NCBI RefSeq assembly: GCF_000181795.1
Contig: NW_003526943.1
Location: forward strand, 3,685,228 to 3,749,227
Direction: 5' to 3'
DNA: 64,000 nt
DNA from: Trichinella spiralis
Taxonomy: Eukaryota
Shown here: positions 27,341 through 41,000 of the stretch, piece after piece
Position numbering within the stretch: the first letter of the stretch is position 1
Layout of the letters: every line of letters starts with the position of its first letter
Made by a program: the position numbers and the translations under genes
The notes under the pieces: model-generated
Told to the model about the DNA's origin: nothing
Databases searched by the model: none
Seen by the model: only the letters and a program-made list of their open reading frames with translations

Positions 27341-28839
27341 CAATTATAAAAATTAGCAAAAAAAAGCAATTTCAAGTATCAATTTAATAATTAATTGCAC
27401 TTGCAGTATTGTGAATTTTTATACAGGTGAAAATGTTCATTTCTTATGAAATATATGAATCATGCATATGTCTATGTAAAATTGAATTATTTTCTTTTCC
27501 CCAAATATTAAATTTATTAGTTATGAAAAAAATGACCATTTTAATTATGCAAACAATAGCATTTTCTTTTTGCACGATGTTGTTCATGATTTGTTTGTGA
27601 TGAGAAATGGAAGAGTTGAAGAAGGGCTGTATTGTTTGCCTTCTGAAGGACATGAATGGCTGATAATAGCGTCGGATCGAATTATGTCAATAAATGTTTC
27701 TTTGAAAAGTTAACTAGCTAGAAAGCTGTTTGTCATCTTCTTGCACGGTGATCGTTTGTTCTGTGAAACCGAAGAGGTGCAAGATTTCGCCTTTTGCCCT
27801 TCCACATTGCTTGGGATGAAATTTGGATGTTTGATCGACTGAAGGCATTTCAGCTTCTCCTTTACCCCCTCCCCCTGGAGACTAATTATATCCACGGATG
27901 GTTTTGTTTCTTGAAAGAGAACAATAATACGCTTCGGTTAATCACTCCCCTTTTGGCGATGATTCTGCAACAACGTCGATTTTCCCTTTCCAAGCCAGCG
28001 TTTCCAATGCAAGCAATCTGCTTTTGTCGCAAACGTTTCAATTTTTGTGATTTCAGCATGAATCCTTTTGACAAATCAAGCTTGCAATCAATTGATCACA
28101 CCTCTGAATTTTTTCATGCACTTTTCAAAGCTCAAGCATGTTTGGAAACAATATTTTTTTTAATCTCTTCCCTTCCATTGCAAGCATTTGAGAAATTGAA
28201 TATTCATTCTTAAAATATAATTTTGTTTTTTCAATTTCTAACAAAACCACTGAACAATAATACACTGACTATTATGAGAAGCAGAAGAAGTGTTTGTTTT
28301 TGATGATGAACTTAATTTTGAATAGAACAAAAAAAGAAATTATCCCTTGGACAATTTTTGTTGTTGAAAAATGTTCAATGGAAAAATGAATTTCGCATCT
28401 TTAGATTTCGAGATTAACCTTCGATTGTGGAAATTAGCTTTTAGCCAGTTGTTGGTGAAATGTCGATTGCTAAGCAATTGACGTGAAATGTCGGTACGTG
28501 ACAATCGGAAGACCTGGAAATTGCCCTCTCAAGGCAAATTTTTGACATCAAATTGAGATAAGAGCAAGTTGAAATCAGTATACGGTAGATACTGGATAAG
28601 AGAATGGTTTTTTCAAACAGACTGTTCAGTTCGTTGTAAAAATTTGCCCTTTCTAGTATTTGGATTTGTTTGAACAATTTCAATGATACTAGCTTGTATT
28701 TTCAATTATTTGCATTCAATGAGAAAAGAAGATGTAAGTAAAATGAGCATTATCTCAATTTATTAATTTTGCAGCCTATGTTTTCAATTTATTTTAATTT
28801 GCAATTAAATGCATTATTTATTTCATAATCAACAAAATC

Positions 28840-29000
28840 ATTACGCTTTAAAAATAGTTGTCAAGATGACGGTTATAAAGAAAAGACTGTACACATTATA
28901 CTTCATTTTTGATTGTTAAAAATAATATAATTCTTTATTATTATTTTCTTTTCTCAAATACAATCCAATTAAAAAATATTATTTCAATAATATCACTTTT
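28840..29000 (+). repeat. About 160-bp dispersed direct repeat, copy 2
   Basis: Near-identical to 27187-27340 in the same orientation. Confidence 0.9.
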
Positions 29001-32000
29001 TTTAATTGCGGTGAAAATTTAATAAAAATAAATTTTATTAAATTAGTATAACGTGAAGAATTACAGTACAGAATTTTCCATATCAGAACGACATATTAGC
29101 AGCAACCAAAATTCATTTTATGAATAATATTTATTATATTTCTATTGTTATTATTGTTGTAATAATTATATTAAATTGATCAATGAAGAATGGGAAAAAG
29201 CAGTGATGTAAATACTGTTTTTTCTTCAAATCTTTCTTGTTATTCATATGTGCATCACTTGCTGAATAGTGACATCTTTTCAATGGGAGAAATCTTTAAG
29301 ATTTAAAGTAAATTAATTAATTATTCTGATATTTATTACGAATAAAACGCTGAATGAACGTTTTATAAATCGTTTAACGTGGAATTTTTTCAGCATTTTC
29401 TACAATGGTGTAGCAACAATAATGTGTAGTAAACTGCAGTACAACTCAGAACTGTTTCAATTTTAACAGTCAGCTTTGCATTCAGTTAGGCTTTGAATCT
29501 CCTGGAATACAAAGAAAATGTCAAAAAGATTTATTTCTCATTGCTAATGACAAGAGCGTTTTCTCAAAAAAAAATTTGCTTGCTAAATAGGAAACTTTGC
29601 ATACGTGACTCTAGCTGTTGCACATTAACTTCTAAATTTATTCAATTTGCATGCTATTCATATTTAAACATGTATATATGTATTTCTCTGATGAAGTACG
29701 TGAACACGTGTTTATTTTCATGGATTCTTTTAAATCATTTTATAAAGCAAAATTGACAAAATGTTATCTATCACATAAATTTATATTCCATAAATCATTA
29801 TCATGATACAAAATTAATTTGAATACAGATATGTCTTTTTAAAAAAGTGTCCTTTGCAATCAGGGCTTAAATTAAGATATTTCATATTCGACGTTTAGAT
29901 AATTTTGATGACCGTTTAAAAATTAGTTCATTTTTTTTGAATAATACAATTTTACATACATAGATTTGTTAAACTTTAAACAGGATAAAAGTTATTTTAT
30001 TGCGTTATGAATTTTTATAATTTAAATAAAAAGTTAGTTGAACGTTGACCGTTTCCATTGAAATTCGTTTTGTGATGCTAATGATCAATAAAACAAGATG
30101 ATAGAATAAAATAAAATACAGACAATATACGTCCAGTTTCACTTTTGTTCTGCGGTGGGTCAGTCAGATAAGAGTACTCTAACGAGATTTCCGCTTTAAC
30201 CAGCAACAACAAGCGGCTGATGCTTGACGCATGCCGATTCCTGACGTTGATCTGAATTGAACGCGTTGTCAGTTGGAATTGTGTCTTCATTTTTCACCGA
30301 ACTGCAAGTTCCTAGTTAAAACCTAATTATAATGCATTTGTCTACAATGGAGCATTGTGATGCCGGTTCGCGGCTCGTCATTGTGAGCAGCCGGCTAATC
30401 AATGCAACCGTTGATTGGGACAACAGAATGGGAGATACCCAAGCGACTGTTGTTCGTTCGAGGTTTTGTTTTCCATGCATTTCCCCCCTTCTTTGTATTT
30501 TCCCTCATTCATTTTCATTCATGTATTCTGCCATTTTATGACAATCGTAAATTTCTAATTTGTAATTATTGTTCTATTCTTTTAAGTAGCCGTATGTCAT
30601 GCTATTTTTATTATCATTATTATTTAGATCTTAATTGATGCTGTTTCGTTGTTCACGTTTGCCACTGTACACTAGAACCACTGAACAAATACATCAGCTG
30701 GTAAGTTTGAAATCAATTGTTAACATAATGTTGTCAAAATTTATCATCTATTTCTGCTTTTTGCTTATTTAAAAACATGTTAAAATTTGACAAATGATAT
30801 AAATTCCAAGACTGAAATTATATCATTTTTGGTAACAAACTTATACATTGCAAACATATAAGCTTCATATCATTTTTTGATAATTTTTGTTTCTGAAAGA
30901 TAATACTTCAGTTGTGGAAACGCAACAGTGCATATTTGCAGTAATATTTAATTTGTTTTTCATTTTAAATTGCATAAAAATCGTCTGATAAACTTAGTTT
31001 CATGTAGCTTTCTTTATTCAGCGTAAAAAATTATTATATTCTCTCTCCCAGGACACTCTCACGCAATGCAGCACCATTACATACAGTATTTTATTTATTC
31101 GTAACATTCATTTTAAAATTATCTGACATCATACAGAATAAACTGACCTAACCTTTGTGAATAATACAATAATTTGAATAATGTTACAGTAAGCAGAAAA
31201 GTGAAGCAATTTGAAACTGTTTTACAATTTCAAGGGTAATATTCAGCATAAATGAATAAGATACAATAAATATAGATTGATTAAAGCTGCTTTTTGTAAT
31301 GTTCTTTTCCTGAAACAGAATAAATTGAAATAAAACTACAATAGTTAATTTCTTGTGCTGTTTGTAGTCACATTTTACACTTGATAGTAAATGATTAAAA
31401 AAACGAATAATGAGAACAACAAATTCAGCTAAACGAGCATCAACGGTTGCAACTGCATTACAAAGAAAAGCAGTGAAAAGCTGTCATTTGCATTGTAACC
31501 ATCTCTGTTCCAGATGCTCAACTTTGAGAGGAAGCCAATATTAAACCTTTGTTTCCATATTGACGGCGCTAGTCAAGCGACACGCATTCTCAGTGATCAA
31601 TTGAAGCATTGTCTTTCTGACAATTTATCAACTACGCTTATTTGCGCTAGTACTGCCGACGGTTATTTAAAAAGAAGAAAGCTGTTGTCCAGTCGCTCCT
31701 CTTTTCTGTCTGTCTGATGGCTTCTGGATCAGCTTGGGCAAAAACTTTTTCTCGGTTTGCTTACAGATTGGATAGACAAAAAAGGATCCATTGTGTAGGT
31801 TTTAATTATCCCTCCGACCAACCTTACCACCGCCAGTGGGGATCGCATTGTTGGCTTCTTTCTATTACCGTTCATCTCTTCACTGATCACTGGGCGCATA
31901 ATTTTTCATTATGCGTCAATTGAAGCCTTCTTCTACACTTTTGGTGCCGATAGTTTTTTTTTCACTTGATTTTCAAAGAAACCAATGTCTTTTTGAATAG

Positions 32001-35000
32001 CTTTCTCTGAAAAATTTTCTCTTAGTCAATAAAATGAAATTCGAGCCAAATACAATGAATACAACGGATTCTTTGTCACTTTTCAAAGACATTTCCATTA
32101 TTACTGGAGACGTGTCAAATTTTTCTTTTCACTGAATTTCAACATTAAGCATATCGGTTTAATTTCTTTGCTGAAATTGCACATCGTCTCATGCCTTACA
32201 CCTTCGAAAAATTGACCAAAATAGTCACTGGAAAATTATTTTTGATTTTGACACATTTAAACTGTTATTTTAAATTATTACTTTGTAAACGAATAAGTAT
32301 CATCCATGTATATGTCAGCTTTTGTAAATGATCTATTGCAGGTGAGCGTATTATTCATTTTAAAAAGAAGCTACGATATGAAATTTAGAAGAAAACATTA
32401 TCACATATGTTTATTTTATGAAAAGAATTAATCTTTCAATTATTACAATAACAGAGATGTTTACGGAATTGGCTGATCGTTTTTCATACAGTATTTTTAA
32501 AGTCGTATCAGATTTTGCTGAACAAAATATAAATATTTCTCATTCTCAAATACAGTTTTTAAAAGTTGGTGAACTGTCCAAAAGCATAAACTCTTAAAGA
32601 TGCATAAACTTGCAAATAGAATTACAAGATAAAACATACGGTCAGAAGAAGCAGTTTTTACTTAATAATTACGTTCACAAAACTTCATTAGATTATTTTC
32701 ACATTCTATGTCGTAATTGTACGTGAAAAGATGCCTATGTTGCATTCTGCGGTGTTTTTTTCCACCCACATTGCTTTTTTACGTAAGCTTTAGCTCATCC
32801 AGAATTTACCGTTTCACCGCACAGTTGCTTTGTCCATTTCTATTTGTCAGTGTATATGTTTCTCTGTAAATTTTCAACTTTTAAATATTCTTCAATGCTC
32901 AGCTTCTACATTCTATTTTGCTTGACTTTGTTCAATCTAAATCAATCTTAAAGTTAAATATATTTTGATTAAAATATTCAATTTTAAAATTCATTTATTT
33001 AAGGAAACTATTGAAAACATTTGTTTAAATCCAACTTTAAAATTTGTATTTTAAAAGCGTTGGTTTAAACGTTTAGTTCAAAAACAAAATAAAAGTTTAA
33101 AAGATTTGAATTTGAAATTTGAAAGCAAACTTTTTATAACAGGTATTTTTTTATCGCTTGGAAAGATGAAATTGTTTTTTCGCTTTACTTTGCTAAGTGG
33201 CTTTGCGTAGATGTCAAGCACAATAAATTTGGCAGGTCTGAATAATTTATAGTTCTTGAACAGATGCTAAAACGTTAAAAAGATTTAATGCTCACATTTT
33301 CGAATGAAAAACAATACTTCAGTTTATACTGCTAGCTTTTAACTATTTAAATTATTTTTATAATTTTTAAAGCGGTTTTGAAAAAAATTTTCGATGCTAT
33401 AACATTCTGCTGAACATGATGATTTAATTGAATTAGAGAAAGTGTAGAAATCCAAATACAGTCTACTTAACTGTTATCAAAGGCATTCTTAGTGTGTATA
33501 ACTTTGTCGAATTAATAGTAAATGTATGTAAATATAAATCATATTTTAAATCTCATGTTTTCTAAATGTAAATCATATTTTAAAGACATATCTTAAGCAT
33601 ACATTATGTATATGTGTGTGGGTATGGGTTATTGTTATTATCATCATTTTATATCAGAATTTGATCTCAAAAAAAGGAACAAAATTCAGTAGGAATCCTG
33701 ATTCTGGAACATGTTTGATTGGTTTGGCAAAGAATCTGTATTGTAATAAATCATTGAGTAATAAAATTACTATTAATTATCAAATTATTATCATATTGAT
33801 ACACTTATTAGCATTTGATTACTGAATTGAAAATTAGACTGTGGCTTTCGCATATAAAAACGTTAAAATGGAAGTCCAGCGATACGTTTCCTTCAAAATA
33901 TCCATACACAGTGAATAATTATCTCTTTATGTAGATATGCAGAAATATAAAAATATTTAAGCAACATTAAACAAAAGGTAATTTAATAATGGTATTGGCA
34001 TAATTGTCGGTCGATGTGCAAAATATGCATGGCAGACAAATCAATTTTTAGTAAAATTGTAAATATACAAATAAATTGTAATCTAGAAAGTTTTATAATG
34101 AATATTCATTCAGTGAAATTTCAGCAGAAAAAAAATTAATGAAGAAATGATTATTGCATATCTCACGGTAGTACTCATTTAAATAAACAATAAATAATTA
34201 AGCAACAAATAGCAGTTTATGATTCTTTTTCTTTCCACAAAAGAAGTAATTATATATTTTTCAGCATATTTTCAATTCTAAAGTATTGCATGTTCTTAAT
34301 TTTCTTTTACAAGTTAGCATGAAGTTAGTTGGTTGGTAATACAAAGTCACAACCAAGCAGAACTAATTTTTATGCATTTTTTTTCTTTGTTCCAGGGGTT
34401 CTGTTTGGCACTTTTTACAGATGCTTCTTTTTTGAGAGAGAGAGACAGAGAAAGCTAGTTATTAGCAAAAAGGCTTGCAGTTTTAATTTCTAGTTTAATC
34501 CTCTTCATGCTAACATCATGTTTTCTGTGTTTATTTTCAACTTAATGAATGCATCTTCAAATTTTTTCCAAATAAATGAATTTCAAAATCAAAATTTTAA
34601 AAAATTCCAGTATTTTTTTATACAATTTAAAATTTGAGAAAGGTGCAAAAATGGTATGCAATATATTGTTGCAAATGTTTTATTGCTTCAAGCAGCACAA
34701 ATGGATTCAGTTGTGCAAACGGCAACCACCAACCCCTTTATATATATATATATATATATAATGAACCTGTTTTGCCAAACAGAAGCTGCGCAGCTTTACG
34801 CTAGTCGGGATTCAGATTTGCAGCTTATTGTTGTTCATGTTTTTATGAAAAATCAAAATCTATTAGCATGGAGCAATTGTTCACCGGGTGTGTCATGAAA
34901 ATATATATTTCATCCAGTTTGCAAGTTTTAAGCCGCTTTTCCTTCTCCAATGCTATAAGTAATCCGAGGGGTCAATTGCAAATAGCGACAACTGACTGTG

Positions 35001-38000
35001 CTAAACTGGGCGTGGCCAAGCATTGTTTTCGATGCTTTCACTTTGCTTTCAGTGCTAGAATTTTTATTTTCATTGCTGCTGTTGTTTTTCGTGTTTTATT
35101 TTCTTTTTATTTTCCCTCAATCTCGGGGCAGCATTTTTGTTTCGATCCTCTCGAATGAAAACGACATTCCAGCGGCTGCTCTGCTTTGAAGCTGACTGTA
35201 AGTTTCAAATAGCCCAGACTAGTTGATTGTTGAATTCAGCATCGTTGCATTGTTAGAATCGGTGTATTTTTTGTTCTGTATTTTTCAATTTTTTTAAAAA
35301 ATTTTCCGCTAAAAACATTTTCTCAACAACAACTGACTTCCAGCTAATTGAAGCTTCAAAGATATTTGATCGCTTTAATTGACCTTTTGGAAATTTTTGC
35401 ATATTGATGAGATGCTATGTTGCTTGGCTTTTTTCTCTGATTCACATGTTCTGATTTTAATGGTTGATTTTCAAGGCAAGTTTTTACGTTTCATTTTTTG
35501 AGAACTATTCAGCCATTATTTTAACCAAGTTACATGTTAAAGCAACTAAGTGTACAAGTGTTAAAACATGTTGAGCCGTTGCTGTTGTTGCATCTTTGCT
35601 TGCATTTTTTATGATTGCAAATTTTTGTTCCGTTTAAATACTCCAGTGCAGTTTTAAATGTTGAACTGAGACCCATTTCATAAAATACAAGTCTCTGGTA
35701 AAATTCTTTTTAGCTACTGATACACTTTCTTCTAAGCATGCAGCGTCCATGTTTGGAAACTTGTTTAACTTACAAACTTAACTGACAATTAGATATTTCA
35801 TTATTAATATGCGTTTGTGGATTTAGACTTGAAAATTGCACAGATGCTTGTATTAGCATAAACTTCATTTTTCTATAAACTGTGTGAGTACTTCTTGATT
35901 TCTGTCATTTCCATAATTTTCTTGTTCTACGAAGTTGAGTTTATACAGGTTTGAAATTTTAGCTTTTTAGACAAATATTACGTATTTTGGATAATTATCC
36001 ATTTGAAATAATTGTTTTTCAGTAATTCTTTTCAATTATTTTTGATATAGTCTTCTTGAACTAAGTGCAGCGCATTATTAAGTGATTAATGGACAGCTGC
36101 ATATTAACAATTGAATATTTAAAAATGTTTTCCAATATGTCACCCCTTCCATTATATTTACTTGAACATTCATTTTTGTTGTAATTTACTATTATTCTAA
36201 TTATGGATATTTTTGTAAATATTTTATTTATAAATATGAGCTGTTTAGAAAGAGTGGAATAAGTTGTTATTAAGTTGCTTCATTCATTAACTAAATATTA
36301 TTGCTTCCTTACGAATGATGCTTTTAATAATCTGTGAAACACTGTTTTTACATGCTGATGTTGATAAAATCGATATCAATTTCAATCTTTATCCTAAATG
36401 TGATTATTCCTAAAAAATTGCAGTATTATTTGTCTACTTTCTTATGTTGTATTTGAGTTAGATTTTATCGGAGAAAAAATATTAATCAGAATAAAGCAAA
36501 GAAACAGTCAAAGTTAGCAGCTAATCACAGACTGTTATTTTTGCAATTAAAAAATTATTTTAAAATGGAGCATTTTAAAGACCAACTTTCAGACAGTATG
36601 CTTTGGACATTGATGATTTGAATTGATTAAGAAGGCTCGCGTTAGGCAAATAATAAATTTATTATTATCGTTGTTGTTGCTGTTGAAAACCATATGTTGA
36701 GCATTTCTTTCTGCTCGAATTCTGTTGACTACCTAGGCCTTAACAATGCGTGGTGAATTGGCTTCGATTAGCCGCGTCAAAGAAAAATTAAGTATTCGCA
36801 GTAGATAACTGCAAAGGCAACTTGTTTACAATTTGCTGTTTACTTTGTTTACCACTTTTGACAATATCAGCATATGATTATCCTAGTCGATTTCTTTCCG
36901 CTTCTGGTCCCGGTTTAAATTTAAACTTCAGATAAACTTCAATCTTAGCAGATGTCCAATCCACAAAATTTGTTTGTATGCTTTGTCAGTGTTGTTGTAT
37001 AAGTGGACGCGCATTGTACAAACAATACAATTTACACGCTTCTGTTATGCTTAGCACGCTTGAAATTTACGGGACTGTATTCGCGTGCATGCTTTATTTA
37101 ATCTGGACATTTCCGGTGTTTGGAATTTCCTTAAATAATACAGTTGTGATGTTATATAATTCTTATCGGCATTTAAATTTAATCAGTGGCATCTTTCCTG
37201 TAAAGTGCAATAGCCTGGAAATAGCGTTGAGTATTCTTTTTATTGTTTTTATTTTTCAACTCTGATATATGAAACATATTTTCCATGTAGAAAAGTTCTG
37301 TTAGATTATTTTTTCATACAAATAATTAATTGTCAATTTATGATTTTGAGCAGATTTATACGAACAGGCAATTGTAATCATTTTCGAATAATAAGATTTT
37401 ACAGTTAGAGCTTCAGTAAGTATGCAGAGTATGCAAGTAATGTACAGTGATGTGACAAAAAACTGAAAAGGATAACATATAATTTTTCAAACATTTTATT
37501 TTCATTCATTGTTGTTCTTTTTATTTTTCATATTTTAAAATATTAAAAGTTAAATAATTGTAAATTATTAATTTCGAACATTTCTACTCTGTTTAAGAAA
37601 ACTAAAGGCATATGTATATACATTTACATTTTTTATCAGTTATCAGTTTTATTAGAATTATTTGCTAAAATATTTTACAGCTCATTTATGTTAATTACAT
37701 ATATACGTTAATAATATGAGTTTTTCTTTGTTGCTGATGTTTATCGTTATATTATTTTTTCTTTCTCTTATTTCGTATCTAAAGTTTCTTTTAAATACAA
37801 ATCATTATATTTGATATAAATGGAAAAAAATTTCAAAATTAAATGCATAATGGCCATTTGTATTTTTCGGCAATGAAAACATTCTTAAAGTATATTTTCA
37901 CACAGAATTTTCCATTTTGAAGCTTGATGTATAATTGAATGATGGAGTGAATTTTCATCTATTCTACAACGTGATAATAAGGAAATAATTTATTTGTTCA

Positions 38001-41000
38001 TTTATTATCAACTAAAATATAAAGTAGACATTAAAAAATTAAACTGTAGTAAAGAGTAAATATTTCGCGCGTAAAATTTTCTTTCTAAAATTAATGCCAA
38101 TCAATTTAACAACTGTCTGTCGAATTTATTTGTAATCAATCAGTTAATTTTAAGTGTTTAGTTTTTAAGTAGAGAAATTTTAAATATGCAAAAATGCCAA
38201 TTTTGATTTGACCAACAAATATGGATTCATCATTTTGGCTTGAAGATGAATATTTTAATAAATGCGTGTGGACAGTGTTTTTACTTTCTTTCTTTGTCGT
38301 CCGTGAATGATTCCATCATCTTCACGGCAATGGTGGCGGAAATGATTTGTTCCGTTATCTGTTTTCCCATTTTGGCATGTGCGGATCGAATTTTTTAACC
38401 GTCGGTCATCTTCTCTTTAACAGCTGCAAAAATACCATGGAGAATTTGAAATCGCTTTTGAAATTCCTTTGTTCAGCTTTTCTTCGTTGCCAATTCCTTT
38501 AATCAATGCATCTTTAAAGCGGTGTGCGACAACACTGTTCGGCATGTATTATATTAATGCGCAAAGCTCAGCTGAACTCTGTCATTTTTGCAGAACTTGG
38601 CCGTCGGCTGATGATGACTTTTGTTGCTTCAGCGACTGACTAACTAAATCACCAATAATAATTGCTGAAATGCGGAAAAGTTTGTAATCTGATTAAAATT
38701 ATTGGACTTTTTCTTGTATGGTATTTTAAGAAAAATCAAGATTGTTCAAGACAATTTATTCCAATGTAAAACTGTCCGCATCTTGTTGAAATCTTGACTT
38801 AACAAGTAACAAAAGTTCCACAGAGGAAAATTTCATTTCTATATGAGCATATTTATTTATTACCGTTTTGTAAGCGGATGTGAGCAACTATTGTAGCCTA
38901 TTGTGGTGAAAAGTATATTCAAAAATGTAAAATATGTCCTTTTGATTTTTGTTTGATGGACAAATTTAACAAGTTTCATATTAAATACAAGACGAAGAAG
39001 AAGTTTATTAAGGCAGGACAAAGAGGTTTTCTGAAAAAAAGCAACCACAATTATATTTGTTTTGAATTATCTCAATTTTTATTTAAATTAAAATTGAACT
39101 TGTATTTGGATTTGCAAAATCACACCATCTGTTCAAAGATTTGAATAGACTAAATAAAATTTTAATAGATGATAAATAACTGTAACAGAATAAGTTGATC
39201 ACTACGTTATTTAATGCACACAGAGCAGATATTTGCAAATTTATAGTGGAAAGGTTTAAAAATAGAATTATCGGTAATGATGAATTGATTACATGGTCAC
39301 AGATGTTTATTGTTTTATTGTGGCCATTTTTTAGAAGAACAAAGTGCCACGTGCAAACCTGAACATGCAGCTTAGAATAATCATCTCAGCGCAAGCGCAT
39401 GTTATTGTATCTGTAAATAAAATTAGCTTCTCGTAAAAGAACAATCACAATTGAATAATTGATTCAACATTTAAAACTGCATCCATTTTGATCAGATATG
39501 TTTTATCTTATTTTTCCTTCTTTTTTTTGTTTGCTAAGGATATTGTTGTTGAAAGAAGAAGCAAAAACGATGTCCATTTTGTGCATTGTCGTTTTTCAAT
39601 TTTATAGTTTTTTTTTGAAAGGTTTTCCAAAGCAATTGTTCATAATTTTACAATATAAGGTGGTAAAAGCGGATCAATTGTCTGAGCCGTCTTCTTTCAG
39701 CTTGAGTGGTAGCTTTCGTTTGTTTATTATTATTCCATTCACCCATCCTATGGTTATTGTCATCTCATGCGTGTATTGTTCGCATTGTGATTCTCTCGTT
39801 TGAAGAGACCGGTTCGCTCTTATATTATCTTAATCTTGCAGCTTTTTTCTACAACTAAGCATACACACACGCATCATGCATACATTCATTTGTACGATTG
39901 TATGCTACTGTTTTCATTTACTAAAAAAATATATATATATTTCTTGATAAGTTAATAATAATTAATTTAAAAACAAAAAACGGAAAACAAGTTTAAAAAT
40001 TGGATTTTATTGTTCGTTTTATTGTCAATAGTAGTGAAAATTTGAAGTTGCGACATCCTCTGTCAGAAGCGTTTTGTTTACACCGTAGGTTTGCTTTATA
40101 GCAGGTTCGGATGTGTTATTATTGCTGTCTTGCTCATTGCTTTCAATTGTTCGTCACATTGTTGTCTTCTAACATGGTTTTATAGTAGATTAACAATTTG
40201 GGCCTGAAGACCAGATAGATCCGAGTAGCTACTGAGGCGAACAACAATAGCTCCGTCCATGCGCTTTTATCGACCCACCAGCTTCTCCACAACAATAGCT
40301 TCTCTCTTGAATATGTTATTTAATAATGAATAGAGCTAATGATTTTCTAAACTAGAGTGCTGTGATAGAAGATTTGTATGTATGATAATAATAATAATAA
40401 TAATATATGAATATCCGATGCCAGCAGCCGACCACATCGACCAAACCTCTTACTACATCCAAATAATTTTTGTGCTGCATGCATTTAATTTTATTCTACT
40501 TCAAAACTATTATTGCAGCAAATAACTTGTAGATGTTTAACATCATTTGGTCTTTATACTATCTATATTTTATCCAGTTCACTAGTATTTTTTATCTATT
40601 TTAAATTTTAACAATATTTATTTTGAATATAAATTTAATTATAATATTGTTTTTATGTTGTTTCATTATAGTTGTACATTAAATATTTTATTTTAGAAAA
40701 TTCCAAGAGAACAGTGGATGAGCTAAATTGTCAGGACGGAGGAACACTGTCAGGACACTGAAATTAAAGAATTCTATTAATCTATCTATTAGCAGTTTTC
40801 TGCATTAGTAAGTCATTGCTGTGTATTTAAAAAATACTTATTATTCTGAAAAGATGAAATATTTTTATATAATTTTAAATCACAGTGAAGGAAAATATTC
40901 ATCTTTAAATTATGAAATTTGAAATTTTTATCAAGTTTAAACAAAATGCTCAAATTTTGCTAATCATTCGATTACTCTGTTTCAGATATATCAGTCAAAC

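Noticed and set aside
27710..28213. Overlapping ORFs of 61-139 aa on both strands
   Set aside because: No recognisable domain, several non-ATG starts and no consistent splice structure; treated as non-coding.
34881..34900. TCACCGGGTG, a miR-36-family-like 5' end
   Set aside because: No complementary arm nearby, so no precursor hairpin can form.
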